Below are positions 47,543 through 58,843 of a stretch of 64,000 bases of DNA, piece after piece. Both the position numbers and the translations under genes were made by a program. Position 1 is the stretch's first letter; each line of letters opens with the position of its first letter. Source of the stretch: an uncultured Alphaproteobacteria bacterium (lineage in GTDB: Bacteria; Pseudomonadota; Alphaproteobacteria; Rs-D84); assembly GCA_944393245.1 (NCBI GenBank), contig CALXZM010000005.1:22393-86392 (forward strand). The letters are read 5' to 3'. A model generated the notes under the pieces. That model had not been told where the DNA came from. It did not search any database and saw only the letters and a program-made list of their open reading frames with translations.

Positions 47543-48961
47543 TTATTTATTGGATTTTTTATAGTATCGTTGGACTTCGGTCATAACAAAGTTAAATAAT
47601 TTACCGGCCATTGTTTCAGACGGAACCGTCCAATCATGCTGAAAATACGGCATCGCTGCAACCAAAATAAAGCGCGCCATAAAATGAAAAATCTGGCTTT
47701 CTTGGGCCTGGGTTAATTTTACAGGCGCATTTTCAATACGAAATACTTCGTTTTCAATGGCCCCGTCTAATTTATCAACAATTATATCCAATATTTTTGT
47801 TGGATAATACAATTTACACGGTTTTGGAAAACCGTCAAACATGGAAACGCCGTTGCCCTGGCTGTATAACAAATTCCAACCAACACGGTCAAATAAATCT
47901 TCCAGACATTGACAAATCATCAAGTTATATTCTTTGACCCCTAATTCGTGTTCGCGAACCCCAATGGCAATATTGTTTTCAGCGTTATTTACAGACTGCT
48001 TGCTTTCTGCGCGACGTAAAATTTCATAATTGCCATGTGTTTTGCGTTCAAATTCAAAAAATGTACGAACCTGGCATATAATTTCCATGGGGACGACATG
48101 GCCACCCTTGCCAATATCAATTATCAATTTTGCATCACGATAATTACGCGGGTTTTTCATATCATAAAAATTATCACGCACAGATAATATTCTGTCCGGC
48201 ATCATGTCACATACACGTTCAATGAATGTGCGGGCCTGGGGTATCAGGTCAAACAAGCATTTTACACGCCAAACATCTTGCAGGCGCATGCGCGGACGAC
48301 GAACCTTGTCCAATTCACGAACCAATTCAACCGCAATATTTTCGTGTCCTGAACCAATTATGGACAAAACGGTTTCTGCCGGTGTTGAAATGTATCTTTC
48401 ATTTAATTTGGCACGTATTTTATCAGCAACGGCGCGTGCGGACGCTTCGCGTTCGTGGGCCGCGATAACACGGTATACTGTTTCGGCAACTTCATCCACA
48501 TATGCAGCGTAATATTTACCAGTAACCTTGTCCAGGGCACGTTCCACATTTTTCTGGGCCCCGACAATAACCGTCACAATCGATGATACGGCCAAATCAA
48601 TTTTATGCCCCGCACCACTGGTAAAAAACTGGTTACGCATGGGGTCCGCATCCAAACGATGATGCACAATATACGGCGACAATGGATTGATATCTGAAAC
48701 CTTTATCGGTTCATCAATCGCACTGTCACTGGCATAATCATATCGCATAACGGGGGCCTTTGGCGCACCAAAACATTTGCCCAGGAAATAAAACACTTCA
48801 CGAAACCATTGCATACTGTCTGAATATAATTCAGATAAATACTTAGCGGCTTCATCATTTATACGCCCAGATTTGCGTGCATCATCTATTATGCGCAAAT
48901 TTTTACGGTCGTGTTCGGCGGTTAAATCAGCAACCAAGCCTTCGGAATATGGTGTAGACAT
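47543..48961 (-). CDS. Hypothetical protein with RelA/SpoT-like nucleotidyltransferase motifs
   Basis: KNVERALDKV..KY, LQDVWR, NYRD, EIICQVRT...E...HGNYE. Confidence 0.5.
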   Translation of the reverse strand: MSTPYSEGLVADLTAEHDRKNLRIIDDARKSGRINDEAAKYLSELYSDSMQWFREVFYFLGKCFGAPKAPVMRYDYASDSAIDEPIKVSDINPLSPYIVHHRLDADPMRNQFFTSGAGHKIDLAVSSIVTVIVGAQKNVERALDKVTGKYYAAYVDEVAETVYRVIAAHEREASARAVADKIRAKLNERYISTPAETVLSIIGSGHENIAVELVRELDKVRRPRMRLQDVWRVKCLFDLIPQARTFIERVCDMMPDRILSVRDNFYDMKNPRNYRDAKLIIDIGKGGHVVPMEIICQVRTFFEFERKTHGNYEILRRAESKQSVNNAENNIAIGVREHELGVKEYNLMICQCLEDLFDRVGWNLLYSQGNGVSMFDGFPKPCKLYYPTKILDIIVDKLDGAIENEVFRIENAPVKLTQAQESQIFHFMARFILVAAMPYFQHDWTVPSETMAGKLFNFVMTEVQRYYKKSNK

Positions 48962-48971
48962 ATTTTCCCCA

Positions 48972-50450
48972 CTATTTCATTATTGGGAACAATATAACAT
49001 CGCGCAGGGTTGGTTGGTCAAATATTATGCTGGCCAAACGATCAACCCCCATTCCAACACCTGAAATCGGCGGAAATCCATGTTCCATGGCGCGCACGAA
49101 ATCATTGTCGGGGTTAAAGGCCTCTTCATCACCATCGGCGATGTTTTTAGCCTGCTCTTCAAATGCGGCCAATTGCTGGATTGGGTTAACCAATTCAGAA
49201 TATCCCTTGCACAATTCGGCACCACACACCAACAATTGATACATATCAATACGACGTACATCATCATCGTTTCTGCGCGCCAATGGTACCATATATGCCG
49301 GATAATTGTATAAGAACGTCGGATTGACGATGTTATCACGAATCTTGCGCTTGTACACATAATCCACCAATGCGGGCAATGATTTCAAATCAGCCAATTC
49401 AGACGCAGGGAACATGCCGGCATTAACTAATTTGTCGCGCAATTCATCAACACTTTCAAAATCCAATATATTACAGCCGAAAAATTCATTCATTTTAGCG
49501 GTGTAATCTATCATTTCATATTTTGAAAAGTCTAATTTAGTACCCTGATATTCTATTTGCAATGTGCCACGACACTTTTGCAACAGATATTGTATTAAAT
49601 CCCATGTAAACTGAATATTTTTATGAAAATCCCAATATGCGGCATACCATTCAACCATGGTAAATTCCTGTAAGTGCATGGCATCCATACCCTCGTTCCG
49701 GAAATCTTTGGCCACTTCGTATACGCGGTCAAAACCAGCACCGATTGCCTGCTTTAAGAACAATTCTGGTGAAATGCGCAATTGAAAATCTGCATCCAAT
49801 GCATTATGGTGTGTCGTAAACGGACGCGCAGCAGCACCACTGGCAATATTTTGCATAATTGGGGTTTCTATTTCTAAAAATCCATGATTGTTCATAAAAT
49901 CGCGCCAATGTTGTGTCATTTGAAAACGACCCAACAACGCACGACGCGTTTCAGGATTGGAAATCACATCCAAATAACGTTGACGATAACGTGTTTCCGT
50001 GTCGGTCAGACCATGAAACTTTTCCGGCAGTGGGCGTAATGCCTTGGATAAAATATCGTATTTTGCAACGCGTACAGTCAATTCACCCGCGGTCGTATGA
50101 TACAATTCACCATCTATGCCGATAAAATCACCCAAATCAACGTTGGCCTTCATAAACTTATAATCATCTTCGCCCAATTCTTCGCGGGACATAGAAAATT
50201 GAATTTCGCCGTTAATATCATAAATACGCCCAAACATCAATTTCCCCAACCAACGTAACGCCGTCACACGTCCCGCCAAACGCACATGCGCACCATCATT
50301 TAATTCCCTGGCATCAACAATTGTATGCGTGCGTTCATATTTATCTTTCCAAACAACGCCATCACGGGCACGAATGTTTTCAGCCTTTTGCAGGCGTGCC
50401 TGTAATTCATTTGTCGATATTTTCGTGGTGTTGTTTGTGTTTTCTGCCAT
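48972..50450 (-). CDS. lysS: Lysine-tRNA ligase, class II
   Basis: LPEKFHGL, RYRQRYLD, FRNEG, GMGVDRL, DVILFP. Confidence 0.95.
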   Translation of the reverse strand: MAENTNNTTKISTNELQARLQKAENIRARDGVVWKDKYERTHTIVDARELNDGAHVRLAGRVTALRWLGKLMFGRIYDINGEIQFSMSREELGEDDYKFMKANVDLGDFIGIDGELYHTTAGELTVRVAKYDILSKALRPLPEKFHGLTDTETRYRQRYLDVISNPETRRALLGRFQMTQHWRDFMNNHGFLEIETPIMQNIASGAAARPFTTHHNALDADFQLRISPELFLKQAIGAGFDRVYEVAKDFRNEGMDAMHLQEFTMVEWYAAYWDFHKNIQFTWDLIQYLLQKCRGTLQIEYQGTKLDFSKYEMIDYTAKMNEFFGCNILDFESVDELRDKLVNAGMFPASELADLKSLPALVDYVYKRKIRDNIVNPTFLYNYPAYMVPLARRNDDDVRRIDMYQLLVCGAELCKGYSELVNPIQQLAAFEEQAKNIADGDEEAFNPDNDFVRAMEHGFPPISGVGMGVDRLASIIFDQPTLRDVILFPIMK

Positions 50451-50480
50451 TGTTTTTTCCTTTGGTATATATTAAAGATT

Positions 50481-50565
50481 AAAAAACGGACGCATGAAAA
50501 GTGCGTCCGTCAATTTTTCTGATGGTCGCACCGCGTTAATTAAAAAATTTTTTCATGTTAAACAT
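50481..50565 (-). promoter_or_regulatory. Putative lysS attenuator: leader peptide MFNMKKFFN plus terminator/antiterminator
   Basis: uORF 50565-50536 with AAA AAA; terminator stem 50486-94/50502-10 plus U-run; competing segment 50520-31. Confidence 0.65.
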
Positions 50566-50672
50566 ATACGTCCCACTATTTATTGTACCCATATTGGCAC
50601 CGACCAATTTGAAATGTATTATTATCAAAAAAATTAGAAAAGTAAAGCGATAAATAAAAAGCGGATTTCAAG

Positions 50673-50814
50673 CGGTGGATTTTTATCAAACCTTGGTTAT
50701 GGCAAAGTACTTCGCCTGCGGCTCGCCTCGCAACCCTGCGGGTTCTCGCCCCCTTGCTTTAAATTCCGCAACAAAAAAAATCCACCATTCGGTGGATTTT
50801 TATCAAACCTTGGT
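50673..50814. repeat. 25-bp exact direct repeat including the tRNA-Gly 3' end
   Basis: CGGTGGATTTTTATCAAACCTTGGT at 50673-50697 and 50790-50814. Confidence 0.85.
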
Positions 50815-50887
50815 GCGAGCAAAGGGGCTCGAACCCTCGACCTCAACCTTGGCAAGGTTGCGCTCTAGCCAACTGAGCTACGCTCGC
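50811..50887 (-). tRNA. tRNA-Gly(GCC)
   Basis: GCGAGCG 5' acceptor strand, CAACC-TTGCCAA-GGTTG anticodon arm, GTTCGAG, CCA. Confidence 0.95.
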
Positions 50888-50936
50888 ACTGTGTCGCATA
50901 TTCTGACATATCTTTTGTCGCAATGCAAGTAATTTT

Positions 50937-51212
50937 TTATCGTACGTTTTGCCGCCCAAAATATTTCAGTGAATCCAATGTGTACTGGCGTCGTTCCAAT
51001 TCCAATCGTTGCCACTGAATATCAATTTCACTACGTTTCAGTTCGTTTGCCTCGTTTAATTCGTCCACGATACAATATGCCGCAAACATTGCCATCATTA
51101 TCCCCAGTGCGATAAAAAAATACCGGCCCCCAGTCAATTTTACTTTGACTGGGGCACCGATATTATTTCCAGACACTTCACGTTGTTGCGACATATTTAC
51201 AACCATTTCCAC
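50937..51212 (-). CDS. Small membrane protein
   Basis: One TM helix plus coiled coil; start uncertain. Confidence 0.55.
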   Translation of the reverse strand: MEMVVNMSQQREVSGNNIGAPVKVKLTGGRYFFIALGIMMAMFAAYCIVDELNEANELKRSEIDIQWQRLELERRQYTLDSLKYFGRQNVR

Positions 51213-52228
51213 GGTTGCACAACTTTTAACAGGCTGTACGCGGTGCGTTTATCCGTAAACGTGTGGCCACATCGCGGACAAACAATAAACGGTGATATAA
51301 CGGCCTTGGTCTTTTTGAATATGGAAATCCATATCAACAGCCCCAACAACCATACCGCTATGACCAATCCCCACGCAACATAGCCAAAGTACTGGTCAAC
51401 AGTGCCGGTTATTGCAGTTATAACCTGGACATCTGATGCGGCCAAATCATCATATATCTTGGTCGCCACTGGCCAGGACGATGGACGCCACGGATAAACA
51501 TGTTCAATGCCATAATTGGTCAACAATGTTGTACCCAGACCGCCAGTGTTTTTATCCAACTGGGTCTTTATAACATCATCAATCATATCGTCGATTTGAA
51601 CCTGTAAAACACTGGTCAACTGGGTTTCTATTTCGTCCAGTTTTTCGTTCACCAGCGCAGCGGTATTATCAACCTTGGCAATTGTGTCGTTGGCCTTGTT
51701 AATGCCTTCGTTCACCTGGTCAACGCCCTTGTTCACTTCGCCCAGTGCTTTGTCCACACCACTGGTGTCAATTCCGAACATATTGGCCAGACCACTCAAT
51801 TTACCAACTTTTTCGGTTGTTTCTGTAACCTTGCCTGTTGCTTCACTGGCCTGGGCGGTGACATCTTTGGCTTTATCGGTGGTATCAGTTACAACGTCAA
51901 CCGCGTCTTCGACCATACGAACCTTGTCAACGGCAAATGCAACCGGCTTTTCCAGATTAATTGCGTCCTTTACCCCGTCCAGTAATTTTTCATACTGTTC
52001 AACAATGTTACGCTGTAAATCAAAGAACATTGATACAACAATTGATTTCTTTATCGGTTGTGAATAAGTGTTCTTTACATACAGTGGTGCCGCAATGACC
52101 AGCGCAATCCAAATAAGCGATACAACAGCAAATATGATTTTAATGCGCGTTACAAACGATTTCTTTTTCTTTACCGTTTTTGCGCCACCTTGGTCGATTA
52201 TATCAACCTCTTTCTTTTTTCTTGGCAT
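51197..52228 (-). CDS. Membrane protein with a periplasmic coiled coil
   Basis: Two TM helices, heptad region, C-terminal CPRC. Confidence 0.65.
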   Translation of the reverse strand: MPRKKKEVDIIDQGGAKTVKKKKSFVTRIKIIFAVVSLIWIALVIAAPLYVKNTYSQPIKKSIVVSMFFDLQRNIVEQYEKLLDGVKDAINLEKPVAFAVDKVRMVEDAVDVVTDTTDKAKDVTAQASEATGKVTETTEKVGKLSGLANMFGIDTSGVDKALGEVNKGVDQVNEGINKANDTIAKVDNTAALVNEKLDEIETQLTSVLQVQIDDMIDDVIKTQLDKNTGGLGTTLLTNYGIEHVYPWRPSSWPVATKIYDDLAASDVQVITAITGTVDQYFGYVAWGLVIAVWLLGLLIWISIFKKTKAVISPFIVCPRCGHTFTDKRTAYSLLKVVQPWKWL

Positions 52229-52294
52229 AACTATCTCCTTTACTTAATTGATATTTGCAGTTTAATAAATTATAGGATTTTATTTCAACCGTTT

Positions 52295-52644
52295 TTATCG
52301 TGTATTTTCTTTAAATCGCGCAATTTCATCAGTCATCATGTCGCGCATCATTTTCAGCCCAGGTATATTTTGCTGATACGCCATAACCTGATTTACCGTA
52401 TTATGATATATCGCCGCATCATGCGCGTTATCAAACGCCGCAATTTCCGTTACAGGTAACATTTCATATTGTCTGTTCCCAGTGTTACGACATACCAACG
52501 AATATATAAACGTTAAATTTTTTACAGATTTTACCGCCGTCGCCAGATACAGCCGGTCTATGTTATTCAAAACTAACTTTGGCGCACCAGGCGTCGATTT
52601 GGTATTCATATTTATTGTTATCGTATTTCTATCGTCTGACTTCA

Positions 52645-52645
<1 letters not shown>
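52295..52645 (-). CDS. Hypothetical protein
   Basis: Overlaps the tgt stop codon; GGAG RBS. Confidence 0.6.
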
Positions 52646-53772
<1,127 letters not shown>

Positions 53773-55047
53773 TTATTTAAAATTTTCGCGCCAAACCGCG
53801 CCCAAATCAGCGGTAAAATCCGCACCCTGGGTTATAATAGAAATCGGCCCATCAAAATACCCACGTGAATATTTAATCACATCGTCCACCGTCGCCGCAT
53901 CATACATTTTATTTATCGCATAAAAATCATACAGGCGGCCATATTGTCTGTAAAAAGAAATCAATTTATCACTGCGCCCACCCGCAGATTCCAGAAAATC
54001 CGCACGCGATAATTTGCTGATGCGGCACATGCGATCCAAATCATCCGCGTTTATTTTGTTTTCTGTATATATCCGATGGGCATTTTGTGCAATTAATGCG
54101 ACACATTTTTCCACATTGGCGGCCGATGTTTCCGTGGCAAATCCATTAATCGTTAATTTTTCATTACCAAAACCAACGCATCCAAAACCATATACCAGTC
54201 CATTTTCATGACGAATGACACGATTTAATTCGCGTGTGATATAACGTTCAAAGTCCCCAACGCAATGATTTTGATATAAATCATCGTAACTGTTGCCACA
54301 TTTGTCTGTAAACAGTATGCGAATTTTCACATTTGTGTTATCTGGTTTGGAATTGTGCGCGATTGCCGGGGTATATTCAATTGCGTCATTTTCAGGCACA
54401 TCAATTGACGGCAAAAACGCAAAAGTTTTTTCAATATATTTTAACAGTTTGTCCGTGTCCTTTATTTTCCCAGATGCACAAATTATGCAATTTTTCGCAG
54501 ACAGCCGACGCGATAAAAATTCAATTATTTGATCACGATTAAATGAATTTATCAATTCAACTGTCCCCAGACTGCGTATCGAAAAAGTGGCATAATTAAA
54601 CAATGTTTTTGATAAAAAATCATCATATTGCCGAAATGGGTTATCCAATGCACGACGCAATTCGTCACAAACAACACCATGTTCAATATCTATCTTTTTC
54701 GGGTCAAATAATGAATTTTGCAATTGATCGCCGATGAAATCCACCAGTTTTTCGGTATTTTCCGCAATAATACGACCGTAAAAACTTAATCGTGCATTAC
54801 CTGTGCACGCATTACGCGTAGCACTGTAATAATCCAAATATTCTTCGGCTGATTTTCTGTCTGGGAAACGTGGGGTGCCCTTGCACAGCATATGTTCGCA
54901 GAAGTGTGTCAAACCGTATTCATTCGGTTTTTCATCACGTGAACCCGTGCGGAACAATACTTTGAACGTCACCGTTTCCAAATCCATCGGATCCAGAATT
55001 ACAGTTATACCATTTGGTAATTTATGTAATTGTGGTTCGAATTTCAT
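53773..55047 (-). CDS. M16 (pitrilysin) family peptidase
   Basis: HFCEH inverted zinc motif. Confidence 0.88.
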   Translation of the reverse strand: MKFEPQLHKLPNGITVILDPMDLETVTFKVLFRTGSRDEKPNEYGLTHFCEHMLCKGTPRFPDRKSAEEYLDYYSATRNACTGNARLSFYGRIIAENTEKLVDFIGDQLQNSLFDPKKIDIEHGVVCDELRRALDNPFRQYDDFLSKTLFNYATFSIRSLGTVELINSFNRDQIIEFLSRRLSAKNCIICASGKIKDTDKLLKYIEKTFAFLPSIDVPENDAIEYTPAIAHNSKPDNTNVKIRILFTDKCGNSYDDLYQNHCVGDFERYITRELNRVIRHENGLVYGFGCVGFGNEKLTINGFATETSAANVEKCVALIAQNAHRIYTENKINADDLDRMCRISKLSRADFLESAGGRSDKLISFYRQYGRLYDFYAINKMYDAATVDDVIKYSRGYFDGPISIITQGADFTADLGAVWRENFK

Positions 55048-56099
55048 TGCGCACCATCCTTTTTAAACAACAAACAACAATCCCCATACGAAAAAAATCT
55101 GTATTTTTCTGCAACGGCATGGGCATATGCGTTCTTCATTTCATCCAGTCCCGCAAACGCCGACACCAACATAAACAATGTTGATTTTGGTAAATGAAAA
55201 TTCGTCAGCAACACATCAACCGCACGAAAATTATAGCCCGGTGTAATAAAAATATCCGTACTGCGACAAATTGGGACTATGCGCTTGCATTGCGCAGATT
55301 CCGCTAATTTACAGTTGTCAATTGCCGCACTTTCCAGCGTACGCATGGATGTTGTTCCAACCGCAATTACGCGTTTTGCGTTGTTTATTATGTCGGCCTG
55401 TTCAGGTGTGATACAGCACCATTCGCTGTGCATTTTGTGTTCGTTCAGATTTTCGGTTTTAACCGGCATCCATGTACCCGCCCCAACATGCAGTGTTATC
55501 TTTACTATTTTTGCACCGCGGCGTTCGATTTCATCCATCAGTTCCGGCGTAAAATGCAGGCCGGCCGTCGGTGCCGCCATAGACCCCACCGGGTCGGCAT
55601 AAACCGTTTGGTACCGTTCACGGTCAGCCGTTTCAGCCGCGCGTTTCATATACGGCGGCAGTGGCATTTTTCCCACCGCATCCAACACTGCAAAAACATT
55701 GTCGCACAAAAATTCCAGTTTCAGTCCGCTGTCGTCGTTTTTGTCCAATACGCGCGCGGTTGTTTTACCGTCATCCATTGTCAATATTTCGCCAACCGGT
55801 ATTTTATTGAACTTTTTGCACAATCCCCACCAAACTTTATCATTTACCGCGGTATGCAGTGTTATTTCGTGCACCGCCCCACGTGAATCCGTCGCATCAA
55901 AGCGCGCCGGTATCACGCGTGAGTTATTAAAAACAACGACATCGCCCGGTTGCAGATAATCCACAAAGTCGCGAATATGCGCATCAGATAAACTGGTTCC
56001 ATTTACCACCAGCATACGTGACGCATCGCGCGCGGCCAACGGGTGCGACGCAATTAATTCAGCGGGCAGTTCAAAATCAAAATCAGATGTATGTAACAT
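55044..56099 (-). CDS. queA: tRNA ribosyltransferase-isomerase QueA
   Basis: PLPPY, AAPTAGLHF, TNFHLP, YRFFSYGD. Confidence 0.95.
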   Translation of the reverse strand: MLHTSDFDFELPAELIASHPLAARDASRMLVVNGTSLSDAHIRDFVDYLQPGDVVVFNNSRVIPARFDATDSRGAVHEITLHTAVNDKVWWGLCKKFNKIPVGEILTMDDGKTTARVLDKNDDSGLKLEFLCDNVFAVLDAVGKMPLPPYMKRAAETADRERYQTVYADPVGSMAAPTAGLHFTPELMDEIERRGAKIVKITLHVGAGTWMPVKTENLNEHKMHSEWCCITPEQADIINNAKRVIAVGTTSMRTLESAAIDNCKLAESAQCKRIVPICRSTDIFITPGYNFRAVDVLLTNFHLPKSTLFMLVSAFAGLDEMKNAYAHAVAEKYRFFSYGDCCLLFKKDGAQ

Positions 56100-56101
56100 T
56101 A

Positions 56102-56995
56102 TTATTTCTTAAATTCCAGGCCCTGGTCGGTATAATTTTCAGCCGTGTTTTCCCAATTGGGTTCAACCCGCACAAACAGATGCAATCGTGCGTTCACGCC
56201 CCACTGATTCTGTATATCGTGACGTGCGGCCGTACCTATTTTTTTCAACTGGGCCCCACCGCGGCCGATAACAATCTTTTTATGGGCATCATTTTGCACG
56301 GCGATTTTCTGGTATATATCCAAAACACCGTCGCTGTCCACATCAACGCGTTCCGTTACAACATTTATATGATAAGGCAATTCCTGGTGAATATACTTAT
56401 AAATCTTTTCCCGCGTCAGTTCCGACAGGTATAAATTATCCGGCACGTCCGACGCATCGTGTGCATCAAACAAATATGGACCGGCCGGCATTACGGCGGA
56501 CAACGCGTCCAGCATTTGATTCACCCCGTCATTTTTCAGCGCTGATATCATAAATATTTCACGTGGATGCGCCAATTCGTTTATTTCCGCAGTCAGCGGT
56601 AATAAATCTGGTTTGGATACGGCGTCAACCTTGTTCAATGCAACAAACAGATTTTTATGTTCGCCTATTTTTTCAACCATTTGGCGCACTGTTTCGGTCA
56701 CGCCCTTTTGCGCGTCAATAACCAGCAATATGGCGTCCGCGTCCGATGTCGCGGAAAACGCCGCACCAACCATGGCACGATCCAAACGTCGCGCCGGACG
56801 AAATATGCCGGGTGTATCAACAAATATCAGTTGACGATTACCCACCATTTTCACCGCCCGCAGATTTGTCCGCGTGGTTTGAACCTTGTGCGAAACGATT
56901 GATACTTTGCGCCCCATAATTTGATTTATCAGGGTGCTTTTACCGGCATTTGTTGGCCCGATAATTGCAATAAATCCAGAATATGTATCAGTCAT
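56102..56995 (-). CDS. era: GTPase Era
   Basis: GPTNAGKS, QTTR, DTPG, NKVD, KH domain. Confidence 0.95.
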   Translation of the reverse strand: MTDTYSGFIAIIGPTNAGKSTLINQIMGRKVSIVSHKVQTTRTNLRAVKMVGNRQLIFVDTPGIFRPARRLDRAMVGAAFSATSDADAILLVIDAQKGVTETVRQMVEKIGEHKNLFVALNKVDAVSKPDLLPLTAEINELAHPREIFMISALKNDGVNQMLDALSAVMPAGPYLFDAHDASDVPDNLYLSELTREKIYKYIHQELPYHINVVTERVDVDSDGVLDIYQKIAVQNDAHKKIVIGRGGAQLKKIGTAARHDIQNQWGVNARLHLFVRVEPNWENTAENYTDQGLEFKK

Positions 56996-57104
56996 GTACA
57001 AAACCATAGCATATCAAAAATAAAAGTGAATAAAAATCTTGCAAACAGGCAATCGTATTGTAAAATCCGTGTCGGAGAGGAATCAGTTATACAAAGGATT
57101 AATT

Positions 57105-57824
57105 ATGCAACTGACCGGACCCGAAATTTTGCGACGTATGCAAATAAAAAATAAAAACAACCCTGATGCCAAACCTGATATTATTATCAAACCATTTAAT
57201 GAAAAATGTCTGGGCAGTAACAGTTATGATCTGCATCTGGGGAATTTATTAAAAATATATCGGAAAACATTGCCACGTGGAATGAACCCGATTATTCCAT
57301 ACTGTCCCGGGAAAATGTATTCTATGCGCGATTGGTTCAATAATTATGATTCATATCTTGATTTTATTGCGCGCCCATGGGAATTTGATATACGTAATCC
57401 ACAATATATTTTGGATCCGTGTGATACCACATCACATGAAACAATTGATATAGAAATTCCAAAAAACGGCGGAATTTTATCGCCAATGATTGGCTATTTG
57501 GGACATACGGTGGAATATACCGAAACATATAATTTAGTCCCATATATTGATGGAAAATCATCGGTTGGGCGCAATTTTATATTAAATCATCATACGGCCG
57601 GCCGCGGTGACGACGGATTTTGTGGACAATGGACGTTGGAAATCAAAACAATGTATCCGACCGTTGTATACCCCAATATGCGCATTGGCCAGATTTATTA
57701 CGAAGAATTTTCTGGGGCCCGCAAACCGTATAATGAAAACCATGCCAGCCACTATAACGGACAAATGGGGCCAACCCCGGCGGCCGTTATACCAATTGAA
57801 GACGTATTGCAAAAACAACGCTAA
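57105..57824 (+). CDS. dcd: dCTP deaminase
   Basis: SYDLHLG, GKSSVGR, TAG..DDGFCGQWTLE, MRIGQ. Confidence 0.85.
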   Translation: MQLTGPEILRRMQIKNKNNPDAKPDIIIKPFNEKCLGSNSYDLHLGNLLKIYRKTLPRGMNPIIPYCPGKMYSMRDWFNNYDSYLDFIARPWEFDIRNPQYILDPCDTTSHETIDIEIPKNGGILSPMIGYLGHTVEYTETYNLVPYIDGKSSVGRNFILNHHTAGRGDDGFCGQWTLEIKTMYPTVVYPNMRIGQIYYEEFSGARKPYNENHASHYNGQMGPTPAAVIPIEDVLQKQR

Positions 57825-57849
57825 AAAAAATGGGGCAAACGCCCCATTT

Positions 57850-58773
57850 TTAAATGCTGTCGGCGTTTATCCAACGTCCGTTACGCAACAGACCTGGGGC
57901 CATGCCTTCGTTATTACGCAGGGCATCAATTACACTGCGTGCCTGGGTCGCATCCAGATTAACAATGCGAACCTTGTACATGTCGCCCTCTTGCACTACA
58001 ACGGCATTGCCGTATTTTGCCATACGGGCCGCCAATGAATCCGCACTGTCCTGGGCATAAAATGCCGCAATTTGCACACTGTATTCGCCAGCCGTTGCCG
58101 GTGCAGTTGTTGTAACAACCGTTCCAGGTACCTGGGTCGTTGTAACAACAGTTGTTGTTTCAACTGTTTGGGCCGGTTGAACCGGGGTCGCAGGCGTTGT
58201 TGCCAGTGTCGTTGCACCGATTGTTGCATTCTTTACCGCAACTGATTCGTTTGCCATAACCTGAACCTGGACCTTGGTCTGGCCATTCATGCCAATTTTC
58301 TGGGCCGCGGCCGGTGACAAGTCCATAATACGGGTGTTAACAAATGGACCACGATTATTTACGCGCACAACAACAGATTGTCCATTGTCCAAATTGGTTA
58401 CACGGGCAATTGTTGGCAATGGTAATGTTTTGCTGGTTGCGACCATCTGATTCATATCAAAAACTTCACCATTGCTGGTTTTTGTGCCATTTAATTCAGC
58501 CGGTATAATTCCCGCAATACCAGTTTGATTGTATGTCAAATCTTCTACTGGTATATATTGAACATCTTCGACCTTGTACGCACTGCCAACATAATATTTC
58601 GGCGCAGGTGCCAATAAATACGTATTGTTCAATGATTCATCAGTTGTGATTAATGTTTCTTCACCGAAACCGTCGGCCGCATAGCCGTTCATTGTGCTGG
58701 TATCAGTCGTGCTTAAATCCGTACAACCGGCCAACACCGCTGTCAGCACAGCCAAAGATATTACTTTTTTCAT
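57850..58773 (-). CDS. rlpA: RlpA lipoprotein with SPOR domain
   Basis: LAGC lipobox, TLPLPTIARVTNL, VNNRGPF, SPOR domain. Confidence 0.85.
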   Translation of the reverse strand: MKKVISLAVLTAVLAGCTDLSTTDTSTMNGYAADGFGEETLITTDESLNNTYLLAPAPKYYVGSAYKVEDVQYIPVEDLTYNQTGIAGIIPAELNGTKTSNGEVFDMNQMVATSKTLPLPTIARVTNLDNGQSVVVRVNNRGPFVNTRIMDLSPAAAQKIGMNGQTKVQVQVMANESVAVKNATIGATTLATTPATPVQPAQTVETTTVVTTTQVPGTVVTTTAPATAGEYSVQIAAFYAQDSADSLAARMAKYGNAVVVQEGDMYKVRIVNLDATQARSVIDALRNNEGMAPGLLRNGRWINADSI

Positions 58774-58843
58774 TATGGGACTCCTTACATTCTTTATGAT
58801 TAAATTTTATCATATAAAAAGTCCGCTTTCAACTTTATTTTGA

